Assembly (NCBI GenBank): GCA_964445355.1
Contig: CAYUKQ010000001.1
Span: 12,277 to 76,276, forward strand
DNA: 64,000 bases
Direction: 5' to 3'
From: an uncultured Gammaproteobacteria bacterium
GTDB lineage: Bacteria; Patescibacteriota; Microgenomatia; CAYQLK01
Shown: in pieces, positions 1 through 10,695 of the stretch
Layout of the letters: each line of letters opens with the position of its first letter
How positions within the stretch are numbered: the first letter of the stretch is position 1
Program-made: the position numbers and the translations under genes
Notes under the pieces: model-generated
What the model was told of the DNA's origin: nothing
What the model saw: only the letters and a program-made list of their open reading frames with translations
The model's database searches: none

Positions 1-1
1 A

Positions 2-1429
2 AAAGTTTCTCCCGATACAAATTCGGATAAGGTAAAACGTGCATACGACTTTGCATTTCTGGCTCACGATGGACAAAAACGTGCGTCAGGAGACCCATAT
101 ATAGTTCACCCGCTAAATGTGGCTTCAATACTAATTGACTTCAATATGTATGACACCACAGCTTTAGTTGCAGCGTTGCTACACGATACTCTCGAGGATA
201 CAGCTGTAACTCATCAAGACATTATCAAAGAATTTGGAGCTAAAGTCGATGAGCTGGTTGAGGGGGTTACTAATCTAAAATCAATCCGACTTACCTCAGA
301 TAAGGAGGAGTTTGTTGAGAATCTCAGGAAAATGTTCCTAGCTGCGTCTAATGATATTAGAGTGGCGATTATCCGTTTGGCAGATCGAACCCATAATATG
401 CAAACACTCGAATTTCTGCCTGCACACAAGCAAGAAAGAATTGCCCGAGAAACCCTTGAGGTATTCGCGCCACTTGCTGAACGGCTAGGCATTGGTGAGA
501 TGAAAGGCCTCTTAGAAGATTTAAGTTTCCCATATCTTTTCCCAGAAGAATATAAAAATACACTCAAAATCGCCACAGCAGGATTTGAAAAACTGGATAA
601 ATCATTGCTAATTGCAGAAAAAAAAATTGCTCAAACCCTCACAGAGGAAAATATTATTCACAATATTCAATCAAGAAAAAAACACATTTACTCGCTTTAT
701 CGCAAACTTAACCGAGCTGATATTTCCGGAGACATTTCCAAAATTTATGATCTTCTTGCAATGAGAATTATCGTGAAAAACGTTGAGGATTGTTACAAGG
801 TTCTTGGCCTTGTTCACAAAACATATAGACCGCTACCTGGTTATCTCAAAGACTATATTGCCAATCCTAAAAATAACGGCTATCAATCACTTCACACTGC
901 GATATTTGGTCCAGGCGGGAATATTATTGAAGTTCAAATTCGAGACGAAACAATGCACAAAGAAGCAGAGCATGGAGTGGCGTCCCATTGGCATTATTCA
1001 GAAAAAAAACATCACTCATCGAGTGATCAGATAGATGCAGGATTTGTGGCAGACGAGCGAAAGGTTGAAATTATGCGCCGACTTTCTTCTTGGCAAAATG
1101 AGGTCAAATCAAATGAGGAGTTGCTAGAAAGATTAAAAATTGATCTCTTCAGCGAGAGAATTTTTGTTTTCACCCCAGCCGGTGATGTTCAAGATTTGCC
1201 TATTGGTTCAACGCCTGTTGATTTTGCTTATTCTGTACATACTAACATTGGTAATAATTGTATTGGTGCGACAGTTAATGGTAAGCAGGTTCCTCTTAAC
1301 CACAAATTAAAAAGCCATGATGTTGTTGCTATTATTACCAGCAAAAACGATAAGATACCCAATAGAGACTGGTTGGATTTTGTTGTGACTTCACATGCTA
1401 AGTCTCAAATAAAAAAATTAAATAAATAA
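2..1429 (+). CDS. rel: RelA/SpoT family (p)ppGpp synthetase/hydrolase (5'-partial), HD + SYNTH + TGS domains
   Basis: Frame is open from base 2 (AHDGQKRASGDPYIVHP); motifs LLHDTLEDT, YQSLHT, EVQIR, VFTPAG, TPVDFAY; ends shortly after TGS. Confidence 0.95.
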   Translation, partial: KVSPDTNSDKVKRAYDFAFLAHDGQKRASGDPYIVHPLNVASILIDFNMYDTTALVAALLHDTLEDTAVTHQDIIKEFGAKVDELVEGVTNLKSIRLTSDKEEFVENLRKMFLAASNDIRVAIIRLADRTHNMQTLEFLPAHKQERIARETLEVFAPLAERLGIGEMKGLLEDLSFPYLFPEEYKNTLKIATAGFEKLDKSLLIAEKKIAQTLTEENIIHNIQSRKKHIYSLYRKLNRADISGDISKIYDLLAMRIIVKNVEDCYKVLGLVHKTYRPLPGYLKDYIANPKNNGYQSLHTAIFGPGGNIIEVQIRDETMHKEAEHGVASHWHYSEKKHHSSSDQIDAGFVADERKVEIMRRLSSWQNEVKSNEELLERLKIDLFSERIFVFTPAGDVQDLPIGSTPVDFAYSVHTNIGNNCIGATVNGKQVPLNHKLKSHDVVAIITSKNDKIPNRDWLDFVVTSHAKSQIKKLNK

Positions 1430-1470
1430 GATCATTTACAATTTCTTCCACTCAAACTAGAATCACAAAT

Positions 1471-2763
1471 ATGACAATTATCGAAGCAGCAAAAAAAGTA
1501 TCAGAAAATATTACTGTTTCCGGCAGAATCATTTCTGTTCGTGACCACGGCAAAATTAGATTCCTGGATTTGCAGGATCACAGTGGAGTTATTCAGGTCA
1601 TTGTTAAAGACGATATTGAACTTGCACAACAATATACGGCCGAGATCGTCGGAGAAGTCAAATCCCGACCAGAGAATCTTATCAATCCTGAGCTCGAGAC
1701 TGGCAAAGTTGAATTATTAGCTAGTTCAATCAAAGTATTAAGCCGCGCCCAGGAATTGCCGTTCGATTTGTCTGCTCGGGACCTTGATCTAGCCATCGAC
1801 ACCTTACTTGATCATCGTCCGTTAACCCTCAGAAATTCCAAACAGCAATCAATTTTCAAAGTTCAATCTCTAATTGCCAAAACCTTTGGATCAACACTAA
1901 GTGGCCTTGGTTTCACGCAAATATTTACCCCAAAAATAGTCTCGACCTCAACCGAGGGAGGAGCTAATCTTTTTTCGTTAGATTATTTTGGCAAAAAAGC
2001 GTATCTTGCACAGAGTCCACAATTTTATAAACAAATTATGGCTGGGGTTCTTGATCGTGTTTACGAAATATCACCTGTTTTTCGAGCGGAAGAACATGAT
2101 ACCTCAAGACATATCAATGAATACACCAGTCTTGATTTTGAAATGGCTTATATTAAATCTTTTGATGAGATAATGGCAGTTGAGGAAATTTTTCTTAATA
2201 ATCTGATTACTGAACTTTCCCAAAATTGTGGCAAAATATTTAAGGATTATGAAGTTGATTTACCCAAGCTTCCCAAAAAAATTCCTGCTATTACATTAAA
2301 AGATGCACAGATATTGATAAAAAAAGAATTCGGACGGGACAATACTTCCGAACCCGATTTGGAACCCCAGGATGAAAAAGACCTAAGTGTCTATTTTCTT
2401 GAAAAACACCAATCAGATTTTGTTTTTGTCACCCATTTTCCAACAAGTAAACGGCCGTTTTATGCTTTTCCAACAGCCTCTGATCCGGAAGTAACAGATA
2501 GCTTCGACCTCATTTTTCGAGGTGTCGAAGTCACGACCGGCGGACAACGGATACATATTTATGAAGATCTAATAGAAAAAATTAAAGGTCGTAGTTTGGA
2601 TCCGAAAAATTTCGAATCTTATCTAGAGGCTTTTCGCTACGGTATGCCACCACACGGAGGTCTGGCAATTGGTCTTGAAAGGTTGACTGCAAAGTTCTTA
2701 AATTTAGACAATGTCAAAAAAGCCACACTCTTCCCGAGGGATATCAAACGGATTACTCCATAA
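1471..2763 (+). CDS. aspS: Aspartyl-tRNA synthetase, compact type without GAD domain, probably non-discriminating
   Basis: OB fold with RDHG; LAQSPQFYKQ, FRAE, GMPPHGGLAIGLERL, FPRD. Confidence 0.9.
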   Translation: MTIIEAAKKVSENITVSGRIISVRDHGKIRFLDLQDHSGVIQVIVKDDIELAQQYTAEIVGEVKSRPENLINPELETGKVELLASSIKVLSRAQELPFDLSARDLDLAIDTLLDHRPLTLRNSKQQSIFKVQSLIAKTFGSTLSGLGFTQIFTPKIVSTSTEGGANLFSLDYFGKKAYLAQSPQFYKQIMAGVLDRVYEISPVFRAEEHDTSRHINEYTSLDFEMAYIKSFDEIMAVEEIFLNNLITELSQNCGKIFKDYEVDLPKLPKKIPAITLKDAQILIKKEFGRDNTSEPDLEPQDEKDLSVYFLEKHQSDFVFVTHFPTSKRPFYAFPTASDPEVTDSFDLIFRGVEVTTGGQRIHIYEDLIEKIKGRSLDPKNFESYLEAFRYGMPPHGGLAIGLERLTAKFLNLDNVKKATLFPRDIKRITP

Positions 2764-2770
2764 ACGTTTT

Positions 2771-3715
2771 GTGTTCCTCAATCTCTTAATTCAAAGATCT
2801 CATGCCTGGTTCTTTCTGGCGTTAATTATTGTTCTGCTCATCAATTCCAAATATCCCAATTTTTATTCCGAAGGCTTGTACCAAAATCTTAAGAGTTATT
2901 CTTCGCCAAAAAATCTTGAATCAAAGTTCCTTACATCTCCTAGCTTATACCCTCAAAAAATTACTAGTTCACCACCACCGGCAACAACTGCCAAGTCACT
3001 ATTTATTGTAGATCCACTTTCAAGCGTGGTTCTCTATTCAAAAAATGAGACAAGTAAACTGCTGCCTGCGTCAACAACCAAACTAATGACCGCAGTTGTC
3101 GCCCTCGAGAATTGTAATATCGATCAGGTTGTTACAGTTAAGCGCGAAAAGGTGGACGGAACGGTTATTGGTCTCTCTGCTGGTGAACAAATCACAATCA
3201 AGGATTTACTTTCTGCAACACTTATCGCCTCAGCTAATGACGCAGCTTTCGCTTTGGCTGATAATTGTTCAGAAAATTACAATTCATTTATGTTCAGAAT
3301 GAACCAAAAAGCATCAGAGCTGAATATGAAAGACACCCATTTTTCGAATCCGGCTGGTCTTGACTCAGTCGATCTTTACTCTACATCACAAGATCTTTCA
3401 AAACTAGCTCGGGTGGCATTTCTCGAATCGCCAATTATTGAACAAATCTCAAACACTAGAACGCTCACACTTAACAATACTCTTTCCAATAAGACCTATC
3501 CGTTAACCAATCTCAACGAACTGTTATTCAGCCTGCCTGGCGTCATTGCGGGTAAAACTGGTACCACAGACGGCGCCGGTCAAAACTTGATTACTCTTAC
3601 AAACAGGCAAGATAAAGAACTCATTGTTGTTGTACTGGGATCACAAAATCGCTTTGAAGAAGCTGGATTGTTGATCGAATGGGCGTATGCTAATTTTGAT
3701 TGGGTTGAATACTAA
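2771..3715 (+). CDS. D-alanyl-D-alanine carboxypeptidase (peptidase S11)
   Basis: PASTTKLMT (SxxK), SAN (SxN), GKTG motifs; N-terminal TM segment; start uncertain (GTG 2771 avoids overlap with aspS). Confidence 0.88.
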   Translation: MFLNLLIQRSHAWFFLALIIVLLINSKYPNFYSEGLYQNLKSYSSPKNLESKFLTSPSLYPQKITSSPPPATTAKSLFIVDPLSSVVLYSKNETSKLLPASTTKLMTAVVALENCNIDQVVTVKREKVDGTVIGLSAGEQITIKDLLSATLIASANDAAFALADNCSENYNSFMFRMNQKASELNMKDTHFSNPAGLDSVDLYSTSQDLSKLARVAFLESPIIEQISNTRTLTLNNTLSNKTYPLTNLNELLFSLPGVIAGKTGTTDGAGQNLITLTNRQDKELIVVVLGSQNRFEEAGLLIEWAYANFDWVEY

Positions 3716-3784
3716 ATCTTTACCTTTTTACAAATAAATACTCTAACTCAGGGTCATACCTTAACATCCAAAAATACTCTTACT

Positions 3785-4840
3785 CTATTTCTTTTCGCTA
3801 AGCTGATCCTCTTTGATGATTGGTGAGACACCCACAAAACCATCTAAGCTGTCAAAAACCAAAACCGGCTGAAGATATTCATCATCAAAATCAGAGAGGT
3901 AATAAGCAATATAGACTTTGCGGATAAAAACTGTCCCAGAAACAACTGGCGAAGTAATAATTCGACCTTCCCCGTTCTTCAACTTGGCAAATGCCTCCTC
4001 ACTGGTGGTTAGTGGATAGAATGAACTACTGTCTGTATCGATTTGGTTGTAGCGATAATTTACTTGTGCAATTGATTCTTTTCCGCCGACACCAGTCACC
4101 AAGATTGATACCAGTCCAGATGACTCAGACTCAATTAGTGGAATTTTTTCCAGATCTTTTCTGTGAAAACTAACTTCAACATAGTTTGCTTCTGATAGTG
4201 ATAATGCTTCTTTTAATTGAGTCACCTCCACCTTAATTGGCTTTGCAATAATCTTACTGTCATCGAAGTCTTTTTTGTATAGACTATTCTGATTAAGCCA
4301 CCCTTTAGCTATTCTGATTGCTTCTTCGTTACCTGGCGGAGACACTGAAACATATTCGGGCGAAAATATTCTCTCTGATTCTATATTAAAATTTTTGCTG
4401 ACCGTGTTGTATGTCAGTACTCGACCAGTCACTTCATCGATCCATTGGTAAACATCCCCTTCAACCAGTTGAGGTTCAGAAACAAACCCCATTCTCTCTG
4501 CCGCCACTCTCGCATTTTCCAAGGCAAGAATAGCAGGTGATTGTGTAATGAATTTATACACTTTCTCGTGGGGAGGTAAAAATCCCAAGTCACCTGATAC
4601 CGTTTCTATCTGAAAGTCGAGCTTGGAAGCATCAATATTCTTGTTTGAGAGAAAATTAACCTTTGGTATTTTACCGAACTGGCTCAATACGACATTGTCA
4701 TTTTTTGCAGGAAAATATTTATTTTTGATTGATATTGCCGCGAAAATACTAATTACAGTAACAGCAATAACAATCAGTCCGATTGTTCCAAATACTCCGA
4801 TTCTTTTGACCGCAGCTGCGGTGTCAGTTAGGCTAGACAT
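3785..4840 (-). CDS. Hypothetical membrane-anchored extracytoplasmic protein
   Basis: 351-aa ORF with a single N-terminal TM helix. Confidence 0.75.
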   Translation of the reverse strand: MSSLTDTAAAVKRIGVFGTIGLIVIAVTVISIFAAISIKNKYFPAKNDNVVLSQFGKIPKVNFLSNKNIDASKLDFQIETVSGDLGFLPPHEKVYKFITQSPAILALENARVAAERMGFVSEPQLVEGDVYQWIDEVTGRVLTYNTVSKNFNIESERIFSPEYVSVSPPGNEEAIRIAKGWLNQNSLYKKDFDDSKIIAKPIKVEVTQLKEALSLSEANYVEVSFHRKDLEKIPLIESESSGLVSILVTGVGGKESIAQVNYRYNQIDTDSSSFYPLTTSEEAFAKLKNGEGRIITSPVVSGTVFIRKVYIAYYLSDFDDEYLQPVLVFDSLDGFVGVSPIIKEDQLSEKK

Positions 4841-4926
4841 TACTTAGAAATTACTCGCAGTTAATTAATAAACGTTGTAGAATTACTCAGCTTTAGATAA
4901 AGTATATAACAATTCAATCCTAAGTT

Positions 4927-6240
4927 ATGGAAGTCAGAGTAAGAGTTGCGCCGTCACCCACAGGCACACCGCACATAGGTTTTAGCAGAACTGCAGTTTT
5001 TAACTGGTTATTTGCCAAAGCGAACAAGGGAAAATTTATTCTCCGTATCGAAGACACGGATCAGGTGCGATTGGTACCAGGCTCTGAAGAAAAAATTATC
5101 GAGGGACTTAAGTGGCTTGAAATTGAACCCGATGAAAGCCCAATTCTTGGTGGTGAATATGGCCCATATATTCAATCACAAAGACTGGATATTTATCACA
5201 AATACGCCGACGAATTACTTAGTTCAGGTAAGGCATACAAAGAAGATGGGGCTATTCGTTTCAAAACTAAGACAAACGGTGTAACTTCTTGGGAAGATCT
5301 AATTCACGGCAAAATTGAGTTTGCTAACGACACATTTGGCGATTTCGTAATTATCAAATCAGACGGGTATCCTACTTACCATTTTGCTCATGTTATTGAC
5401 GATCATTTAATGCGGATTAGTCATGTTTTTCGTGGCGATGAGTGGATATCTTCAACCCCCAAACATATTCAAATATTTGAAGCACTCGGATGGGGCAGTG
5501 AAATACCTTTTTATGTCCACCTGCCATTAATTGTCGGTCCAGATAAGGCAAAACTCAGTAAGCGTCACGGAGCTGAGTCAGCGATGATTTATCGCGACAA
5601 CGGTTACTTACCAGAAGCGATTTTTAATTTTTTAGCATTACTGGGATGGTCACCAAAAACAGATCAGGAAATATTCTCCAGAGAAGAACTAATTGCAAAA
5701 TTTGACCTAAAAGGTGTCAATCCTACGATGCCAACTTTCAATATTGATAAACTTAATTGGTACAATGGTCAGTATATTCGTGCACTTAGCGACTCAGATC
5801 TGGCTGACAGAATAATAAATGGCAATTTTATTGACACAAAAATTGTCACAAAGGATCAGATCCTCAAAATAATTCCATTGATCAAAGAAAGAATGGTGAC
5901 TTTGAAAGACTTTGAAAAATTCTCTACATTTTTCTTTGGAGAATTCGCACCCAACATTACTGAGTTATCCAAAAAACATTCCGAAAAAGAAATCACAACC
6001 ATTTTAAACGACGCGCTAAATATTTTAGATCACCAGGACACCCTTGACACTTTAAATCTTGAGGAATCATTCAGGAGCTATGTACAAAAAACGCAACAAA
6101 AACCCTCCAATGTTTTTATGGTCCTTCGCGTAGCTGTCACGGGATCCATAGCTACTCCGCCATTGTTTCAAACAATGGAAGTAATTGGAAAAGATGAGTG
6201 TATTAGTAGGATCAAACAAAACCTCTCTCAAATCAAATGA
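4927..6240 (+). CDS. gltX: Glutamyl-tRNA synthetase
   Basis: RVAPSPTG, HIG, LRIEDTD, KLSKR motifs. Confidence 0.96.
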   Translation: MEVRVRVAPSPTGTPHIGFSRTAVFNWLFAKANKGKFILRIEDTDQVRLVPGSEEKIIEGLKWLEIEPDESPILGGEYGPYIQSQRLDIYHKYADELLSSGKAYKEDGAIRFKTKTNGVTSWEDLIHGKIEFANDTFGDFVIIKSDGYPTYHFAHVIDDHLMRISHVFRGDEWISSTPKHIQIFEALGWGSEIPFYVHLPLIVGPDKAKLSKRHGAESAMIYRDNGYLPEAIFNFLALLGWSPKTDQEIFSREELIAKFDLKGVNPTMPTFNIDKLNWYNGQYIRALSDSDLADRIINGNFIDTKIVTKDQILKIIPLIKERMVTLKDFEKFSTFFFGEFAPNITELSKKHSEKEITTILNDALNILDHQDTLDTLNLEESFRSYVQKTQQKPSNVFMVLRVAVTGSIATPPLFQTMEVIGKDECISRIKQNLSQIK

Positions 6241-7028
6241 AGCCCGGACTGTTTATTTTAATTTTAATATTATCTGTAACAGCCTTGGTTTTAGCGGTAA
6301 TTCGATTTAATAATTCACAATCCCAAACATCCACATCAAACACTACTTTACTTCCATCCCCAACACCGGCTGATAATATTTTCGGTAACGAAATTGCCTT
6401 TTCCGCTAGTGATAAGTCTACAATCTCAGCAACACTATATACTCCACTTAATACTCGACCACCGTTTAAATCACTAATTTTGGTGCACGAGTTTGACTCT
6501 GATCGGTCTGATTGGTCAAGCATAATACCTATTCTTTTAGAAAGCGGTTATCGTGTTCTTGCTTATGATCTAAGAGGTATGGGTAGATCCACATCTCAAA
6601 CACCAAAAAGCTCTCAAGAGAAATACTTTGATACCTTAGTTAGTGATCTTTCTGATGGAATTGAATATCTAAGAAATTTACCTGATACTGACAAAGAACA
6701 CGTTGGGGTGATTGGGTCAAGTATTGGTGCAAACATAGTCTATATTCACTCCGGACTGGATCAAAATACTGTCTCGGCAAGCGTTGCGATTTCGCCGGTC
6801 AATACGACGAGTTTTTTGACAGGGAAAAATCTCCCAAAGTTTCGCCCCTCAAATATTTTTTTCGTAACCGACCAAAAAGACTCTATTGCTTCTCAGGATT
6901 TTTTTAGCAAATCAAGTAATCCGAAATCTATCAAAATATATCCTGACATTCAAGCTCACGGAATTGAGCTTCTCAAAGACCGTCAAAAAATTGACGATAT
7001 CTTAAGCTGGCTTAGTACTAATATTTAG
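6237..7028 (+). CDS. Membrane-anchored alpha/beta hydrolase
   Basis: YDLRGMGRS, GSSIGA nucleophile elbow, C-terminal HG; N-terminal TM. Confidence 0.85.
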   Translation: MKPGLFILILILSVTALVLAVIRFNNSQSQTSTSNTTLLPSPTPADNIFGNEIAFSASDKSTISATLYTPLNTRPPFKSLILVHEFDSDRSDWSSIIPILLESGYRVLAYDLRGMGRSTSQTPKSSQEKYFDTLVSDLSDGIEYLRNLPDTDKEHVGVIGSSIGANIVYIHSGLDQNTVSASVAISPVNTTSFLTGKNLPKFRPSNIFFVTDQKDSIASQDFFSKSSNPKSIKIYPDIQAHGIELLKDRQKIDDILSWLSTNI

Positions 7029-8060
7029 GATATTTTTAACCACTTCACCAACATCTCTTGCAGAATTAGTTTGCATTAATGCAATTCTGGCATCAACTGC
7101 GTTGTCAAAACCTTTACAGTACCAGGCAAGGTGTTTCCTGACTGATAAAAAATTTAACTCAGGTGTTAATATTTCAAATGCCTTTGAGTGTTCGATTGCG
7201 ATATTTAATTTTTTGTCAAAAGAGAAATTCTCACCGGTAAATATTTCCGGTGTACCAAAAGCTGCTCTGCCGATCAGGACACCGTCTATTTCGTAATCAT
7301 CAATTTTTTTCAAAGCCTCTGATCTGGACTTAACATCACCATTACCAATTAGCGTCGTTGTAGTTTTATGAGCAATTTTTGCTGCTTTAGCGATTTCGTT
7401 CCAGTCAGCAGATCCGGTATACATTTGTTTCAATGTTCTTCCGTGCAAAGTTATATTGGCAGGTTCAGCCTCTAACAAGTTTTCGATCCAGGACTCGGTA
7501 ACGACACTGTCGTAACCAATTCTTGTTTTTACCGAGACCGGTAATGGCGTTTTTTTAGGCTTTATATTATTCGTTTCGACAAAGCATTTAACCCAATTAA
7601 TAATATTTTCATTAAGTCCAATTTCCGTAATACTGACTCCTCCCGCCCAGTCGGCTGCTGCTTGTTTGGTTGTGATAATAATTTCTTTAGCCACAGACGG
7701 GTTAAGTATTAACGCTGCGCCACCACCTTTTTTCGCTACATGTGGATCTGGACAGCCCATATTTATATCGATCCCGTCAAATCCCATTTCTGATAATACA
7801 AATGTAGCCTTATAAAAATCATCTGGCGTCGAGCCGAATATCTGTCCGACAACAGGTGTAGCTGTTTTGTGATACACGAAAGCATTCAATAGTTTCTCAG
7901 CCCCAGCAGCAATTCCCTCGACCGAAGTGAATTCGGTAAACAATATATCTGACTTGCCATATTTGTCCACGATATACCTAAAAGCCGCGTCTGTTACCCC
8001 ATCCATGGGCGACATTGCAATAACCGGTTTAGATAATTTATCCCAAAATCCTCTATTCAT
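7002..8060 (-). CDS. dus: tRNA-dihydrouridine synthase
   Basis: PMDGVTD, DINMGCP, VSVKTRIG, TLHGRT, GNGD, IGRAA. Confidence 0.93.
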   Translation of the reverse strand: MNRGFWDKLSKPVIAMSPMDGVTDAAFRYIVDKYGKSDILFTEFTSVEGIAAGAEKLLNAFVYHKTATPVVGQIFGSTPDDFYKATFVLSEMGFDGIDINMGCPDPHVAKKGGGAALILNPSVAKEIIITTKQAAADWAGGVSITEIGLNENIINWVKCFVETNNIKPKKTPLPVSVKTRIGYDSVVTESWIENLLEAEPANITLHGRTLKQMYTGSADWNEIAKAAKIAHKTTTTLIGNGDVKSRSEALKKIDDYEIDGVLIGRAAFGTPEIFTGENFSFDKKLNIAIEHSKAFEILTPELNFLSVRKHLAWYCKGFDNAVDARIALMQTNSARDVGEVVKNILNISTKPA

Positions 8061-8173
8061 TTTCGTAATTATATATTATAGGATTAAATAATCGTTGTAC
8101 GAACAATGCTCTAGACTAATACTCTATTAATAATAAACTCAAATAGCTTACAATAAATATCACTGCTCAAATA

Positions 8174-9829
8174 ATGGAAAACATTTTTTCACAATTGGCT
8201 GTCGCGCTCAGTTTATCTTCATTAATTGGATTCGTTGTACTAAAATTCAAACTTCCTCTCGTAGTCGCTTACCTGCTTGCGGGAGTTGTTATTTCGATCT
8301 TGAGTATAATTGACCCCGGTCATTCCCCGGCATTTGAAGCCCTGCCAGAGATCGGTATTGCCTTTGTTCTTTTTTTGATCGGTATGGAATTAGATTTAAG
8401 AGAGGTCAGGTCTCTCGGTATACCGGTTATTGTTTCAGCGGTTGGGCAGGTTTTTATTACAACCCTTGCCGGATTTGTAATTGCGACTTCTTTAGGTTTT
8501 GAACCGGGAGTAAGTCTTTACCTTGGTCTTGGGCTGGCATTTTCTTCGACGGTGGTTGTGGTTAAGATGTTACTGGAAAAGCGTGAATTAACCTCACTGC
8601 ACGGCAAACTATCGATCGGTATTTTGCTCATCGAAGACATGATTGCAATTGTTGTATTAATGCTGATTTCCGTCAGCGACTCCGCACTTGGTCTGGGACT
8701 TCAGCAGAGCCTGCCGATTCTAACTCTCATACTTAAGGCAATTGGTCTGTTTGTACTTACATTCCTTCTTTCGAGGTTTGTACTTGAGCGCATTTTTGAC
8801 GCTGTGGCAAAATCGGTTGAACTTCTTTTTCTCACAGCCATTACCTGGTGTTTTGTCTTTACTACACTTGCAGTGGTGTCGGGGTTTTCAGTCGTTATTG
8901 GTGCTTTTTTGGCAGGCGTTGCGCTGGCTTCATCGCCGTATCATTTGCAGATCCAGGGGAAAATCAAACCACTTAGAGACTTTTTCTTAACATTATTCTT
9001 TGTTTACCTTGGTTTGCAGGCCAATATTACCGATGTGTTTAATTATTGGCCAACAATTCTTATTTTTACGGTGTTCGCTTTAGTTATTAAGCCAATTATT
9101 TATATTTTTCTCCTTGGTGCTTTTGGTTTTAGAAAACACACAATGTTTCAGTCGGGCCTCAGTCTTTCTCAAATCTCTGAATTTTCTCTGGTTGTACTTC
9201 TTGTGGGAGTCCAAGCCGGTATTGCCTCACAGGAATCACTTTCCGTTATGGCAGCAGTTGCCATTCTGTCAATAATATTTTCATCAACACTAATTAGTAA
9301 TTCCAAACTGATCTACCGTCTTGTTGGCAAGTTTGTTGTTATTTTTGAGCATCATTCAAAGACGCATATTTTTGAATCTCACACCGATCAAGAGCTAGAG
9401 GATCATGTGGTTATTATCGGCGCTGATCAGGTCGGCGGTCCAGTCGTTAATTATCTTCATCGCGAAAAAATCCCCATAATCGTTCTAGATTTTAATCCTC
9501 ACATTGTTCAGGAATACCGCCAGAGAGGTGTTAATATAATTTATGGTGACGCTGGCGATCCTGAAATACTCGAAGGATTGCAGCTTAACAAATCACGGTT
9601 GATCATATCCACGGCCAATGATTTGACCGATAACGAAATGATTATTCTTGAAGCAAAAAAGAAAAAATCACAAGCAGCGATCGTCGTCAGAGCAAGCGAC
9701 AAAGAACACGCACAAATTTTAACGGAGCTCGGTGCCGATTATGTTATCCTGCCGGAACAGGTTTCCGGGGATTTTTTGCTAACACACCTTAAGACCCACT
9801 GGCCAAAAGTGAAATTTCCGAAGATTTAA
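8174..9829 (+). CDS. CPA2 cation:proton antiporter (Kef-like) with C-terminal TrkA-N/RCK domain
   Basis: About 12 TM helices; LFLIGMEL, FSSTVVV, QISEFS; C-terminal YGDA RCK domain. Confidence 0.9.
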   Translation: MENIFSQLAVALSLSSLIGFVVLKFKLPLVVAYLLAGVVISILSIIDPGHSPAFEALPEIGIAFVLFLIGMELDLREVRSLGIPVIVSAVGQVFITTLAGFVIATSLGFEPGVSLYLGLGLAFSSTVVVVKMLLEKRELTSLHGKLSIGILLIEDMIAIVVLMLISVSDSALGLGLQQSLPILTLILKAIGLFVLTFLLSRFVLERIFDAVAKSVELLFLTAITWCFVFTTLAVVSGFSVVIGAFLAGVALASSPYHLQIQGKIKPLRDFFLTLFFVYLGLQANITDVFNYWPTILIFTVFALVIKPIIYIFLLGAFGFRKHTMFQSGLSLSQISEFSLVVLLVGVQAGIASQESLSVMAAVAILSIIFSSTLISNSKLIYRLVGKFVVIFEHHSKTHIFESHTDQELEDHVVIIGADQVGGPVVNYLHREKIPIIVLDFNPHIVQEYRQRGVNIIYGDAGDPEILEGLQLNKSRLIISTANDLTDNEMIILEAKKKKSQAAIVVRASDKEHAQILTELGADYVILPEQVSGDFLLTHLKTHWPKVKFPKI

Positions 9830-9831
9830 TT

Positions 9832-10413
9832 ATGTCCAAAAAAAAACTAGCGATACTGACACTTATTTTATTTGCCTTACTGGTAGGAGCAGCATTTTAT
9901 TTCCGCCTTAAAGAAGCTCGTCTTGATATCAATGAGCCGGATTCTAATCAAAACACTGCAACGGCAACTGATCCAAGTGAAAAAGATGTCTCGGTTCAGA
10001 CATCTACCGATACAAGCGGGAAAAATATTTTTTCATCAATCGACAGTAAGCTTCAGGTGATCTATCCCGCCTCATGGCAGCTTACTAACCTACCCAGATC
10101 TAATCCCGATATTCTTCAGTCAATTACTCTTCAATCAGCAGGAATATTGGCAACCGTTGATATTTCAGAGCAGTATGACAGGATCATTGATAATTTCATT
10201 AACTGTCAGATAAATACCTGTGAAGAAAAAATTATCAACACTAAGCCGGTTATTATTGAGAATTCTCCGCAGGATACACCCAAGATTATTTCACTAACAA
10301 CTATTTTTAATCGCAAGGTCTACAGAGTCACCTTCAATATTGAAAGCGGTACCAATCAAGCGCAAAATACCCAAGCCGTTCAGGACGTAATTTCCACGAT
10401 CAAGTATTTTTAG
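9832..10413 (+). CDS. Hypothetical membrane-anchored protein (possible PsbP-like fold)
   Basis: N-terminal TM, YPASW motif, ends STIKY. Confidence 0.65.
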   Translation: MSKKKLAILTLILFALLVGAAFYFRLKEARLDINEPDSNQNTATATDPSEKDVSVQTSTDTSGKNIFSSIDSKLQVIYPASWQLTNLPRSNPDILQSITLQSAGILATVDISEQYDRIIDNFINCQINTCEEKIINTKPVIIENSPQDTPKIISLTTIFNRKVYRVTFNIESGTNQAQNTQAVQDVISTIKYF

Positions 10414-10652
10414 CTGTTGATTAATAACTCCTTCTGTAACTTAGATAATGACTTAATTCTTGCTTCTTCTTTTAGTGCTTCTGACCGGCCTGCCATCCTC
10501 AATGAGTAAGCAATCCTCACAGGTCTTCTTGTTCTGGTGTATTTTGAATCAGAATTTATGGAGTTATGTTCTGATAGTCTCCGACTAAGATTGGTTGTGA
10601 TACCAGTGTATAAGCTTCCATCTGCACATCTAAGAATATAAACAAAATACAT
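10410..10652 (-). CDS. GIY-YIG nuclease family protein (UPF0213-like)
   Basis: MYFVYILRCADGSLYTGITT, KYTRTRRP, ALKEEARIK; start reassigned to ATG at 10652. Confidence 0.9.
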   Translation of the reverse strand: MYFVYILRCADGSLYTGITTNLSRRLSEHNSINSDSKYTRTRRPVRIAYSLRMAGRSEALKEEARIKSLSKLQKELLINS

Positions 10653-10695
10653 TTTTCTCACCTGCGTTATTATGATGCTGATATAATTTTGCCAG

